Positions 11,851-25,869 of a stretch of DNA of 63,404 nucleotides are shown piece by piece. Position numbers and translations under genes: made by a program. Positions within the stretch are counted from its first letter, which is position 1. Every line of letters starts with the position of its first letter. The notes beneath the pieces were generated by a model. The model was not told where the DNA came from. It did not search any database and worked only from the letters and a program-made list of their open reading frames with translations. Source of the DNA: Octopus bimaculoides (Eukaryota); the NCBI RefSeq assembly GCF_001194135.2, contig NC_068981.1, positions 60,380,408 to 60,443,811 of the forward strand. The letters are read 5' to 3'.

Positions 11851-13162
11851 GCTCAGCTTATATATATATATATATATNNNNNNNNNNNNNNNNNNNNNNN
11901 NNNNNNNNNNNNNNNNNNNNNNNNNNNNNNNNNNNNNNNNNNNNNNNNNNNNNNNNNNNNNNTATATATAGGGAGAGAGATTGTAAATAAGTAACAAGGA
12001 AGTACAGGTGTGCAAGTGGCTTCATTTACTTGATCAATGAAAACTCTGCATCAATTTGAAAGAAACCACTCTTCAGATGTAGATGACCATATAGATTTCA
12101 AACATAAAGGATAAACCATTTTTACAAATTTACATCAATAACAGGAACTAAAATAATTACATTGTTTCCTTATGTTATATCTGTAGCTGAATGAGTTTAG
12201 AAAATAATGCATATCCTATCAAGCCTACTCTAATTTAGAGAATAGCAGTGGAAAATAGTGGGGTGGGGGGAGAGATAAAAGATTGGTAATGTAGTTATTC
12301 ATATTTAGAAGATGTAGTCTTCAACTAGTTAGAATTAAATCCTTTGGGAGTTGTTAACTTTATTCTAGTTGATGGTGATAAATCAATTAATATCAGACAA
12401 ACTTCCAGACCATCATTGTACTGGAACCATATATATAGCTTTATCTACATAAAAGGATATGAAGCAGAGCTGCTAGTAAGGGAATGACTGATGGGGAAGA
12501 GATGGTAACTAGAAGAAAGAAGGATAGGGGTGGCCAATACTCACTTAGTTTATCAAATAAAGGGGAATATAATGAAAAACAAAAGAGATAAGTAATATAA
12601 GCTTTCAGGATGGAAATTAGAATTGAGGGATACAAGAGGTAGTGATTCATAACTTAGCAATTTTATATTAAATTGAGAAAATTTAAATCACTATAGAGCA
12701 GAGTGATAGAAATTAAACTTTAAACCTAATAATGGGATACTTTAATACACAAGAAAAACTATTGAGTTATTTCCTAAGCATACTGTTAAGATGGTCATGA
12801 TAAAACCATTCTACAATGAATGTATAACTAAAATAAATTTTCATGTGAGTAGGATTACATAGTATATATTAAAGCAGTAACAAGGACTATTTTCTTCATT
12901 ACGAGTGGATAAGTATAAGATATTGAAAATATGGAATCGAATATAAAGGGTAATTGAATTAGAGGTGTACTAAATGTATAAGGGAGTACATGTGGAAGCA
13001 ATAGATAAACCGATTTGGGCATGTAAACATTTAATGAGTATTGCGTGCTTAAAAAATATACTAAAATAACGATGTCCATACCCAGTAACTTTTATTTAAA
13101 AAAACCTTGTAAAAAATTATTTATAAATTATAAACACTAGGAAAAAAATTATAAAAGGATAT

Positions 13163-15345
13163 ATGAATCATCATCATCATCATCATCATCGTCGTCGTCG
13201 TTTAACGTCCGCTTTCCATGCTGGGATGGGTTGGACTGTTAGACTGAGGGCTGGCAAGTCACAAGACTACTCCAGACTCCAATCTGATCTGGCAGAGTTT
13301 CTACAGCTGGATGCCCCTCTTAGCGCCAACGACTCTGAGAGTATAGTGGGTGCTTTTTACGTGTCACCGGCATGACGGCGAATCAGGCGGCACTGGCAAC
13401 GACCACGCCCGAATGGTGCATTTATGTGAGTCAGGCGGCACTAGCAGCGATCACGCTCGAAAGGTGCTGCTTTTTACGTGCCACCGGTAAGGGTGCCAAT
13501 CAGGCGGTACTGTCATCGGCCACGACAATGACTTCACTTGACTCAACAGGTCTACGCAAGCGCAGTTTATTGCCCAATGACTGAAGAGTACTCTTAGATG
13601 GGCCGGTTATGCTGCACTGGCATAGGCCACGGTTATGGTCTCACTTGCCGGGTCTTCTCAAGTACAGCATATCTCCAAAGGTCTCGGTCACTTGTTATCG
13701 CCTCCGTGAAGCCCAACGTTCGAAGGTCGTGCTTCACTACCTCATCCCAGGTCTTCCTGGGTCTACCTGTTACACAGGTTCCCTATACTGCTAGGTTGTG
13801 ACACTTTTTCACACAGCTGTCCTCATGCATACGCAACACATGACCATACCAACGCAATCGTCTCTCTTGCACACTACAACTGATGCTTCTTATGTCCAAC
13901 TTTTCTCTCAGGGTGCTTAAACTCTGTCGTGTATGCACACTGACATTACACATCCAGCGGAGCATACTAGCTTCATTCTTGCAAACTTACGCATGTCTTC
14001 AGCAGTCACGGCCCATGTTTCACTGCCATGTAGCATGGCTGTTCGCACACATGCATCATACAGTGTACCTTTTACTCTGAGCAAAAGGCCCTTTATCACC
14101 AGCAGAGATGGGAACTCCCTGAACTTTGCCCAGGCTATTCTTATTCTAGCAGCTACACTCGAAGAGCATCCTCCCCGCTACTGACTTGGTCACCTAGGTA
14201 ACGTAAGCTATCAACTACTTCTAGGTTTTCCCGCTGGCATGTGACGAAGCTGTTTTCTGCACATTTTCAGTGTTTATTGCTCTTGAGCATTTTCCACACA
14301 CAAAAACTACCTTGCTAGTTAGCCTTCCTTTGATATTGCTGCACCTCTTATGTGTCCATAGCTTACACCGGGTACATCTTATGGAGTTTCTACCTACGAT
14401 TTTTCTACAGATCGAGCAGGGCCATCTACCTGAAGGGATTTGTGATTTGTCTGCCTTCCTACTTATTAAGACTTTGGTTTTTGCTAGATAAAGCCCTTCG
14501 ATTCTAGACCTTGCTTCCACACCTGAAACTTGCCCTCTAGTTCTGATAGTGCCTCAGTTATTAGAGAAAAGTTATCAGCATAGAGAAGCTCCCAGGGGTA
14601 TCCTATCTTGAATTCCTCTGTTATTACCTGGAGGACTATGATGAACAAGAGGGGGCTGAGGACTGATCCTTGGTGGACGCCTACCCCTATCCGGAATTCT
14701 TCACTATACTCATTGCCAAACCTCACTCTACTGACAGCGTCTCTGTACATGGCTTGTACAGATCTCACTAACCACTCGTCTATCCCTAGTTTCCGCATTG
14801 ACCACCAGATAAGGGATTGGGAGACCCTGTCAAAGGCTTTCTCCATGTCAACGAAAGCCAGGTACAGAGGTTTATCTTTTGCTAGGTATTTCTCCTACAG
14901 CTGTCTTACCAGAAATATAGCATCAGTGGTGCTTTTCCCTGGCACAAACCCAAACTGAATCTCGTCTAAACTGACTCTCTCCCTAATTAGTTGGGCTATG
15001 ACCCTCTCCGTGATTTTCATTACCTGATCCAACAGCTTGATACCTCTATAATTATTCGTATCTAATGCATCACCTTTACTTTGTAGCAGTTGACTATGGT
15101 ACTGCTACACCAGTCATTGGGTATGACTCCTTCATGTATCACCCGATTGACCATACAAGTGACTAGATTATAGCCGACACCACAAGATATTTTGAGCATC
15201 TCTGCGGTGATTCCTAATGACTCGGGGGCTTTCCCGGTCATCATACCCTTAATTGCTTTATCTACCAAAGTACTGTCAATTCAGATAGCTGGTCCCTCTG
15301 TCGGGTCGACATTCGGCAGACTTTTACTCCCATCCATTCTCTTCA
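13163..15345 (-). mobile_element. RTE-clade LINE, 5'-truncated, RT plus PHD-like finger plus 3' UTR ending in (GAT)n
   Basis: MTGKAPESLG, MEKAFDRV, GVHQGSVLSPLLFIIV, LLYADN, YDACVRTAMLHGSETW and RRLRWYGHV in ORFs 13783-15268 (-). CAT/CGT tail at 13167-13200. Confidence 0.92.
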
Positions 15346-15544
15346 TTTAGGAGATAAGAAAACATTTGTCTTGTAGTGGGTGGAGCCAGTACATCGAGAT
15401 TGTAGCGCGCGACATGTTCAATACCGTGTATGCCCCGCCCTAGGTGTTCAAAATGGCCATATAATATAGAGTGCATGAGGCGTTTCACAAAAGCCATTGG
15501 CACCTAAGGAAAGTTACTTCCAGTTCTACACGAGTTGTTAGCCT

Positions 15545-16353
15545 TGAGACCACCTGGTTGTGCTGACGCACTAAGTCTATGGTGTCCCTGGCCGTGTGGG
15601 ATGGAGCACTGTCCTGCTGGAACACGTGGCTATAGTGATGCGCAAAGAATGGCACGGTGTGAGGTCTTAGGATCTGGTCAATGTAGCGCTGCGCTGTGAT
15701 GCCATTCCCTCTGTCTGCACCAACATTTTGGAACACATGGGGCCCAGTTCTCTAAATCAGGCCCATAGTACCCTAAACCATGATGCTTTGCCCCCCCCCC
15801 CCCGCGTCTCTCTCCATGACGCATGCTTTCACCCCTCCTACGGCATACCCTCACTCTGCCATCCGAAGTGGAAACGCAGTGCCGTCTCTCATCAGAGAAG
15901 ACTATCGACCTCCATTGTTGATGCCACCAATGTCGGTGCTGTGTAGCCCACTGTAATCGTGCCTGACGGTTGCGGGCGGTGAGGACAGGCCCTCGAGTAG
16001 GACGATGGCAACGCTGGTTGCTGACAGCCAGTCGACGTCGTACCGTGTCGTCACTGATGGGTCACTGTTCAGTGCTAATGGTCTCGCAAGCTGTCACGTC
16101 GGCCGGTCTGAAGCGATCACAGAGGTGTTGCAGGTTGATGAAGCAGTCCTGCCTGGGCGTGGTCACCCGGAGACGCCCTCTACGGGCACAGTCTGCAGTT
16201 TTGTTGGTGTTGTATCGCTGTTGCAGGCGATAGCTGGTGCTGACATGGACATTGTAAGCTTTCAGAACAATGAGGGCACGCTGCTCTGTTTGCAATAGGC
16301 CGATAGCTTGTTCTTCCTGCACTGCTGACAATCGGGTCACACTTGATGCGTCC
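15545..16353 (-). mobile_element. Tc1-family transposase pseudogene
   Basis: HTH (RLSAVQEEQAIGLLQ..RGRLRVTTPRQD), IVFSDE, and VFQQDSAPSHTAR. The start codon has decayed to GTG at 16340 and the 3' end is lost. Confidence 0.9.
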
Positions 16354-16364
16354 AAATTATGAAT

Positions 16365-19300
16365 TGATTTTATTTTCGCCATGAAGGATAAATACAGAGA
16401 GGACAATGCAAAATGAGAGGAGTCCGGGATTGAATGATAAAGCATTGAAAATGAGCAATTTAAAAATTTACGAATTATATAAACGAATGAGCAAACAATA
16501 CAAAAGCAGCACGATGGAGTGAGAGATGGGTTCGACCCCACAAGCCCCGATCCACCACTGAACCTTTTAGTTTCCTTTATGTTTTACACTCACGCGGCTT
16601 CATTCACTCTCAACATCCGCGTTACTTCCATATTTTGCCATATATATCGGGTGACAAGCGTCTCCTCTCCAGCCCTGGTTTCCTTTTACGATGGAAAATA
16701 AACAGGTTGAGCAAACCAGGGCCGGAGATGAAGGCAGCCGTCACCACTCTTCTCATTCGCGTCTTCCAAAGAACCTCCTTCGCCAACGCTACCACAGCGA
16801 GAAAACACATCTTGCCTTCCTTATTCAAGGACTGGCTTATCCCAATTAATTTTTGCTCCTGCCACCGCCTCGTACTCCTTATTAGCCTTGCTTACTCTCT
16901 GTATGTGGTCCACGTCGGACACGATGATGGTGATGTCGTCTGCATAGGCAGTAACCGATTTTCCGCAGCCGAGATCACGTGGGACGTTCGTCATACCATC
17001 CCAACTTCTGTAGTAAAGGCTCCAGAGCCAACACATACAGAAGGAGGAGAGGGAACATACTTGACGCAACGAACGCTTGATGCAGAACGGTTTTGAGAAA
17101 CCGTTCACTCGAACGATCGAATCGATGTTGCTGTATAATTAAATGATTGACCTACAGAAGTTCGGGCCAAATCTGAACGCCGCGAGAGCCACCGCCAGAT
17201 ACCGATAGTCAACGCTGTCAAAAGCTTTAGATTCGACTAAATGGACCAAAGCCTCACCCTTGCCAGGAAGCCTATTTACCCTCTCTAAGGCATAGCGTAG
17301 AAAGTGGAGATTGTCCTGAATGGATCTGCTGGGAATGCTGCAAGTTTGCGCCTCCCCGACGAATCCATCCGCGACACACACCAACATTTTTGCTAGTACT
17401 TTGGCCAAAATCTTCAACACTGCATTAAGCAGAGTGATGGGCCGAAAGTTATCTACTATATCCCCCTTGTTTGAGTCCTTTCTAAACAGCACCACAACCC
17501 CATATCTAGGTATAAACCCATTCTGATGCCAGTTGGTGTAGACGCATGCTAGTAGGTGCCCAAACAAATCTGGCATACTGAAAAATAGCTTGTAGGGAAG
17601 GCCATCCAGTCTCGGCGACTTATCACTGCCGCAGTCCGACAACACCTCCTCCATCTCCGCACCTCTGATCGGTTCTTCACAGCACTCCGTCTCCCGCTCT
17701 GAGAGACGCAGCAACCCGGTGGGGAAGTCCGTGCTGTCCTCCCTGTGCTCTGGTCCACTGTCCCTCCTGAACAACTAGGCGGAATGGTTGTGCAAAACCT
17801 TGCACATCTCTTCGGATTCGTTTACCGCACATTCATGTTGATCCATCAAAGACCTTATTGTGACATCATTGCCACGTTGGGTCTCTAGTGCACGGGCCCA
17901 TCCGACAGCGTTGATTCCCTCTCGTTCCATTGCACGGTGTTTAGCTCTGACAATGATCCCTCGTGTCTAGGGTCGATGTGTTGGTTGAGTGCCAATCTCG
18001 CGGTTACCACTTGGGTCACATTATCAGTCCTCAATGCCTCTTCTAGGGCCTTAACTAGGTCCCTTTCTATTCCAGCCTTCTTACTTGCTAGCTGTTTGCT
18101 AAATCTAACAGACTCAAACTTGATGGCTCTTTTGAGGGCATGCCACCATTCGTTGTTAATAAAGGATTCAAGCAATGCCCTCATTATTAATTGCCTAATC
18201 CGTCTCCTGTACTCTTCACAGTCCAAAGGTGACTTGTTGAGTTTCCAATAGCCGAGACCCTGTCTACAAACTCTACCTAAGTCAAGCTTACAGGTCACAA
18301 ATTTGTGATCACTGTAGCTGACGTAGTGAAATTGTGGACACCTAGCTAAGTCTTTGTCTTTACGCATAAGGATAATCCTACCTAAGTAAGACCTCGAAGA
18401 CCCATCACTATTAGACCATCGATGAGACATGAGTTACTCCTCCTGTCTGGATTCGAGCCAACACAATCTACGCGTGCATCGCAAATTTAGTTAAAGTCTC
18501 CTAAAGTGTGTGACGTTCCTAGAAAATACTCTAGACTTCGAGAAACGTCCAGTTCTACAAGGAGCATAGGCAGTCACCAGCCTGAAGGTGTCACATCAAT
18601 GACAACCAACCTGCCGTCCGAGTCGACAAAGATTGTTCTTAACTGTAGTTTCAAATCCTTCCTGAATAGAACCGCGAATCCTCCCCACCTCCAGGTTGGC
18701 ATGGAGAAATAATTTTCTTGTAACCGTTTAGGAGGGAGAAAAAGCCCCGTTGTCCACTCAATCTGGTTTTGGTGGTAACTATCACATCCAATCTAAGCGA
18801 CCTGAGGTCATTATGGAGGCGTCCTTACTTCCAATCTTCCCCCAGGCCGCGTACATTTTTAAAATCAACGTGGCGTGTAAACATAAAAGAAACTTAACTT
18901 TTGATTAGATGGGATGGTAGTCCCATTTCATCTCTCATTCCGGGGCTTAATATGACCCTCAAAAATTTGAGGAGAAAAATCTTTCCTCAGAGGGCCTATG
19001 CCTTTGGAGAATTCATCTTTAAATATTTTATAGTTTAAACTATCTATATGAAATATTTTAACATTTTCTGTTATTTTTGTAATTATTTTTTAATGATTGC
19101 TCTGTGGGACTTTTATGTAGTTTGTTCGTAAGTTTATTGCTATTGGCTTTCACAGCCATAATATTTTTGTCTGGTTTGGTGGAGAAGGAGGAGGATGTGT
19201 GTGTGTCTTGTGCGCATGTCAGATGTTTTTTTTTTGCATGTACTGGGGCTGGTGGGGGATGGGTTGGGAATTTTTTCCTTTATTTTCTTTTGCGGGGTAG

Positions 19301-20450
19301 TCCATTCCATTTCTGGTGTGTCCTCTTAAAGTATCTTTGCTGCTGGCTTCCACCTCTAGTGTCTCTGCTTCCAGTTCTGATGTCTGCTTCAGGAGCTGCC
19401 TCGGCTGTCGTTCAGGGTGCAGTATCTTTTCCAGGAGGTAGAGGAGCCGAATTTTTCTCGAGGGGAGGCTTGCACTCTGCTCTAATGTGGCCTTTTTGAC
19501 CACATTTGTAGCATGTGGGCTTCCACCCCTCGACTATCACCCGAAGCCTGGTCTCCTCTCCCACTTGTATAGTCTACACAATTTGCTCTAAGTCAACATC
19601 TCTAGCCCTTGTCCTAGCCAGTTTTGTTGCTCTATTTTTGCTGCCTGGAGGATGGAAATTTTATCCTCCAGGCCCATCACAAGTGCTGCCACCAACCAGG
19701 TAACGTCCACCTCTGAAGGGATTTCTCTTACTCTTATCATGGAAGTGCGTCTTCCAAAATATGTGAGTAGGAGGACCACCTCTGCAGATTTCAGAGAGGC
19801 CTTAGAATGTTGCCTGACCTTTATCCTCGGTTTTGAACCTCATCTTGATAGTTGCATATCTCTTGCACCTGGGCAAGTAGGCGACATCTTGCCATACCGG
19901 CTTGAGGCATATCTCCACAGCTTCTTTCAAAGCCATATCCAATTTCTTGCTCTTTATAATGAACGATTTATATACAATAGTAAATCGGGACGCGTTGTGC
20001 GTCACTTCACTGGGAGGGGGCCACTTTCACCTCGTGCCCTCCTCTTTGAATCAGTCCTTTATACTGGATGAGTTTGTTTTGGTCGATATTCAAGTCTTAC
20101 CTGTTTACATCAACTGCTGTTGCAAAATTTGTAACTTTGTTATTTCTTGGTTCGATTTCTGGTTCTTTCAGTATTTCTTTTTCAGTAGGCATGATCAAAA
20201 TTGGTTCAGTAATAGTCTCCTCGCCAGAAGAACAACTCATTTTTCAACTAATAATTTTGGGTGTAAACACCCCACAAAAACAACGATAATTTCCTCCTTC
20301 ACACAAAGGAGAGAAAGGCTCACAATTCTGTCAAACTCAGTAAAACCAAGTGTTTTTTTTAAAGCACACGACAAATGGAACAACAGCAAATTCAACAATT
20401 AAATTACCAATGAATATAACCAGCAACTTGCAATACAATACGTCAAACTC
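16365..20450 (-). mobile_element. L1/Tx1 element A (ORF1 zinc knuckle, APE endonuclease, RT; internally deleted)
   Basis: CYKCGQKGHIRAEC (~19515-19470), GDFN/SDH/YWKLN endonuclease motifs, KSPRLDG, NFRPITLLN, YADD (~16935). Jumps from GAKINWDK to the ORF2 C-terminus; AATAAA end. Confidence 0.9.
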
Positions 20451-20468
20451 AGCATCCAAATTACGAAT

Positions 20469-23300
20469 TGATTTTATTCAAGCCACAAGGGCCAAATATA
20501 GAGGGAACGATATAGAATGAACACGGGGTAGGAAAGCGTATACAAATACATAGAAATGAAGAATTAAAAAATTATGATAATTAAACGAATGAAAAACAAA
20601 CAACACAACAGTACAATGAAGTGGGGGGACGGTTACGACCCCGCAGAACACGTTTCTCTACTGGACTTTTTGGTTTACCTGTTATGGCCTGCACTCACGC
20701 AGGATATTTCATTCCCAACATGTATACCACTTGCTTCCATCTTTTACCATAGGTATCCGATGACAGGTACCTCCATTCTAGCCGTATTTTCCTTCGTAGA
20801 AGGAAAACAAAGAAGTTTACTAATCCTTGGTCAGAGATGAAGATACCTGTCACCAATCCTTTCATTTGTGTCCTCTATATAGCCTCTTTCGCTATAGCGA
20901 CCGCTACAAGAAAACACACCTTATCTTTTCTGTTCAGTGAGTGGGGTGGAACAATCTTTATAACTGACTCGGACGACATCTGTACTCTTCCCAAACGTGA
21001 CAGCAGTCGTTCGACATAAACCCACAGCTCTGTAATCCTCGAACACTGCACAAATGCGTGTGGAACAGTTTCACTGTCTCACCCACATCTTGGTCACGTG
21101 GGTGAGCATGAGGCACCGTGCCTTTCGAGTTATCGTGAACTGGTAAGTCTCCTCGGTAACATTGCCAGGCTAGGGACCTCTGGAAGTTGTCCAAGGGTCC
21201 CGGCGCGAATGTCCTTTGGAACAGGCTGGCTAGTTGACCATCGTCGAAGCCCAGGGTTTCTCCCAGGGCGTCATCACACTTGGCATCTACCAACCCTCTA
21301 TAGAATGACGAGATGAAATCCATGCTACCAGCATTGCCTGTGCCCGAGCGGCAGAGGAGCAGGAGTGCCTTACGACACTCGGTCTGCCAAGCACCCAACT
21401 TTGGTCTACGTTTGATCCATGGTTTTTGTTCACTAAAACTAGTGAACATAGGAAGCAACAGTTTGATGAACGGAGCCCACACCCGTTCACCATCCAGGTA
21501 AAGCTAAATATGCCTTAGCCTCAGCGCGTGCTTGCGCATTATCAGCCAAGGTATCCCTAGCCCAGCCTTTAGCGGTTGTTGGCAACAGATAGATCGCCTT
21601 ACAAGAGGTCCTTTGCCCTTCCACAAGAAGCGGAAGAGCAATCATTCTATCTTGCTTAGCCACGAATCGGGACAAGGCAGGACGGATAGGTGATAGGTGA
21701 TCACAGATGCGATAAACACATTTGCGACCTCTGCCCTCCCTTTCAGGGATAGCCATCGCCCAGACCAGATCTGGGCTATCCTGCTTGTAACCTTGCTCCA
21801 AGTTTTCTCTAACTGGGGGTCTGGCCCAAACCAGACCCCTAGCATGTTCACCGGAATGTCTGTCCAACGTCCCACGATGCTATTGGACGGCATCGACTTG
21901 CCTCTCCAGGTGCCGAGCTGCAAGTCGACCGACTTTTCCCGGTTAATTATTGCTCATGCCACCGCCTAGTATTCTTTAACGGTTTCACCTACCCACTGTA
22001 GGTGTCTCGCCTCAGATACGATGATGGTGATGTCATCCGTGAACGCCGTCACTGATCTTCCACAGCCTAGATCTCGCGGCACGCCACTCATACCCTCCAA
22101 CTTCCGCAGAAAGGGCTCGAGAGCCAGTACATACAGAAGCAGGGTGAGCGGACAACCTTGACGAACTGAGCGCTTGATAGAGAACGGTTCCGAAAAGAAA
22201 CTGTTCACCCGAACGGTCGAGTTGTTGTTGCTGTATAAAGCTATGATCCAACTGCGAAAGATCGGGCCCACCCCGACCGCCGCGAGAACCGTCACCAGAT
22301 ACTGATGGTGACCCTATCGAAAGCTTGAGCGTGGTCTAAATGAACCAGTGCCCACCCTTGCTATGTACCTTATTAACCCGCTCTAAGGTATAGCGTATAA
22401 TATGGAGAATATCGTGTATGCACCGGCCGGAGATGACACAAGTTTGCGCCTCACTGAAGAGTCCACCCACGACCCGCGCCAATCTTTCTGCTAATACCTT
22501 GGCCAAAATGTTCAACTCTGCGTTCAGTAGAGTGATGGACCGAAAGTTACTCACTAGATTCCCTTTGTTTGGGTCCTTCCTTAGCAGTGTCACCATTCCC
22601 CGACTCACAGGTTTGGATGTGAACCCATCCTGATGCCAGTTGATGAAAACGCAAGCCAGCAAGTGCCCAAACAATTCTGGCTTGCTGTAATAAAATTCGT
22701 AGGCAAGACCATCCAGTCCAGGCGACCTGTCCCCACGACAATCCGACAAAGCATCCTCTACTTCTGCAGCCGTGATCAACTTTTCACAGCATACCGCTTC
22801 CCGCCCCGAGAGATGCGGCAAACCGGTGAGGAAGTCTGTAGGGTCTATCCTGCGCTCCGTTCCATCGCCCATCCTACAAAACTGGCCGAAATGCTCGTAA
22901 AAAACCTTGCACATCTCGAGTTCGTTTACCAATTGCCCGTGTTTGTTCGTACAGGACACAAGCTTGTGATCACTGTAGCTGACATAGTGGAACTGTGGAC
23001 AACTAGCTATATTCTTATCTTTACGTCTAACTATGATTTTATTTAGATAAGATCTAAAAGATCCGTCGCTGTTCGTCTATGTCCACACTGGAGCATCCGG
23101 AAATTCTAGTCTAAACCGGTCTGTCAGCTGAAAGCAACTGAACAGATCGGTGAGGCATGGGCTGGTTACCCCTTCTATTTGGATTCAATCCAATAGAATC
23201 TGAGCAGGGATCGCAGATCGTGTTAAAGTAACCTAAAAATACTAAAGTACTAGCTGTTTTTCCCGGTTTCATTCGGGCAGTGTGGTGGATTTGGTTAAAA
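20469..23300 (-). mobile_element. L1/Tx1 element B (endonuclease remnant, RT, C-terminus, 3' UTR)
   Basis: RSPGLDG, NFRSITLLN, SVRQGCPL, AFTDDITI, GVWFGP and SLAWQCYRG in ORFs 20958-22959 (-). Confidence 0.92.
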
Positions 23301-24129
23301 GCTATTTCCTATGTATATTTTGAATAATAAAAAGAACTAAAAATAAAAAAATAAAAAATTCCAAAAACAAAAAAAAGTAAGAACAACTCAAAAACAATAC
23401 GATGCTAAGGATTTTGCGGGTCGATATTGTAAAACTAACTTCACGTGTATACCCATAGCCCCATGTAGTCACGGAACCTTATTTGTGGTATAACCTCGCA
23501 TTAAAAGAAAAATATATGGTAGTGCGGTTGTTGTATTGGTGACACAAGAATGTTAATCGAAACTGTTCAAGATCAATCATAGGTTGGACGTTCATGTANN
23601 NNNNNNNNNNNNNNNNNNNNNNNNNNNNNNNNNNNNNNNNNNNNNNNNNNNNNNNNNNNNNNNNNNNNNNNNNNNNNNNNNNNNNNNNNNNNNNACATTT
23701 GTAACTGAAGTTAAAAAAAACATAGTAATTAGAAAGAGCGTAAGCTATAGGGGTTTTTTTTAATGCACAAAAAATTGAAATTATTTTTTTTCTGTGCCTC
23801 TGATTAAAATTTTCGAAAAATAAACCCAGCCACATTACTTGGAAAAAAAATCTTTATTGTGCTGGTTTTTCGTAAAATTTCGCACATGGGAAAGGCAACA
23901 AAATCGCCTCTCTCCACTTTGAATGGGATATTCCTATCTTAAAAAGTAATAATCGATTATCTCGGTAACCATGGGAGTTGGAGGGCAATAGAAATCTCCT
24001 GAACATGAGCGGACTATGCTGCCGCTCTGTGATGAATTTCACGTGATTCCACTGCACCGTTCTCAAGTGAATCTGCCGACACTCAATCAATCAATCAATC
24101 AAGCAATCAAGAACACTGCAATTTATAGT

Positions 24130-25860
24130 ATAGATGAGACGTGCTTAGGAAATTTTCTAGGGTTCTAAATTAGTCAGACTGTCTAGTCCCGAAGCGGGCG
24201 TAGACACCTACCAGCCTGAATGTTTTACCACTGCTGATCGTCACATCAAGGAGGACCAACCTGCCTTCCAGGTCAATAAAGATTGTTCTACCCTCGAAAG
24301 CCAGATTTTTCCTGAGTAGAATCGTGGCATCACTCCCTCCCCCTGGTTGGCATGGAGAAATAAATTTCTCGTAACCGTTCAGGAGTAGGGATAAAGGCCC
24401 ACATCCCACTCACTCTGGTTTCCGTGGCCACTATCACATCTAATCTATGTGACCTGAGGTCATTAAGGAAGTGACCTTGCTTCTAGTCTGACCCCAGGCC
24501 ACGTACATTTAAACATCCTACAGTGAGTGTATTCATAAAAAGTCTTACCTTTGTTGGAGAAGGGATTATAATCCCTTCTCAGTATCGTCTGTGTCTTGCG
24601 GGGATTTTTTGGTTATGTCCACGTACATGGACGTACAGAAGTCCTTTCTGAGAGGGCCTATGTCGTTAGGGAATCGGGAGCACAACATATAGTAATTTAT
24701 CCAGTCTATGGAATAAATTTGCACCCACTCAGGTAGGATGGCGAAATATTCTTTATAGGGTTCTGCAGATAGTATATCTTGCACTTAACTGCTAAAAAAT
24801 CATTCTTCGCATTTATAGCCATTAAGTTGAACTCGGCTGCTGTTGGGAAGAGGGAGAGGGGAGGTTCTTTTTCACGACTGTGAGCGGTAGATTTGGTTAT
24901 TTTTTGTTAGTGTTGGAGTTGGGGTGGACTATTTGGGAACCGTGTGTGTCTGCTGGGAGAGATTTTCTTTTGTTGGTGCTGGGTGTTTCTTCATTTTGGT
25001 ATTTTTTTTTTTTGTGAGTTACAGTAGCCCAATGTTTTTTGGTTTCCTTATCTTCGGTTGTTGGGGTAGTGTTTTCCTGTATGGATGGATCCTTTGTATC
25101 AGCTGTAGTTGTTGGTTCGGAGGTTTGGGAAGGGGAGCGACATTTCTGCGGTTACGTGGCCTTTCTCGCCACATTTAAAGCAGCGAGGCCTCCTCCCCTC
25201 GACCATCACACTTAACTTGGTCCCCTCTCCAATCTGGTGTTGAGGTACTGCTCGAATGAATATTTCGAGCCCCTGGCCTTTCCATTTCTGCTTCTCTACT
25301 TTTGCGGCTTTGAGGATCGATATTTTATCCTCTAAGCCCATGATGAGTGCTGCACAAGGCCAGGTCACATTTCTCTCGGGAGGAATTTCTTCCACCGTTA
25401 TTTTGGAAGTGCGCCTTCTTATTTAGGTTGGTAGTAGCACTACCTCGGCTGTGTTTAAGGGTTTGATGGAGTGTTGCCTGGCTTTTTCCTCACTTTTGAA
25501 ATGCACAATGATTGTTGCAAATCTCTTGCCTCTTGTCAGAAAGGGAATGTCAGACCAAATAGGCTGTAGACATTTCTCCGCTTCTTCTTTCAATACTATT
25601 TCTAGTTTTTTCTCCTTCGTTACTTTTTGAACAGAATTACTTTTTTTTTTGGTAGTGCTTTCTATAAATTCACTTTGGAGGGTGGCTTTTCAATTTGGAG
25701 GGTGGCTTTTCAATTTGGAGGGTGGAATTTCAATTCTGAAACATCTCTTTGGCATCCAGAGTTTTACTGTTGGATGCCTGCCTGTGTATGTTTGATGGGG
25801 GATTCTGGGTTGTTTTTTTTTGTTTTTGTTTTTTGCAGTGGTGTGTGCTGTGTAGGTGTG
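24130..25860 (-). mobile_element. L1/Tx1 segment C (ORF1 plus endonuclease N-terminus); probably the 5' half of element B
   Basis: CFKCGEKGH knuckle (~25180-25150) and EGRLVLLDV..LVGVYA endonuclease motifs. It stops at FLSTSH, where B resumes with STLVFLGYFN. Confidence 0.85.
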
Positions 25861-25869
25861 ATATTCTCA

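Noticed and set aside
12100-13100. Possible decayed Penelope RT
   Set aside because: No convincing RT or GIY-YIG motifs could be read in any frame.
13350-13530. Three diverged repeats of roughly 50-60 bp
   Set aside because: Internal to the RTE 3' UTR; contiguous units without unique spacers.
25672-25725. 21-bp tandem repeat, about 2.5 copies
   Set aside because: Slippage duplication inside Tx1 ORF1; no spacers, so not CRISPR-like.
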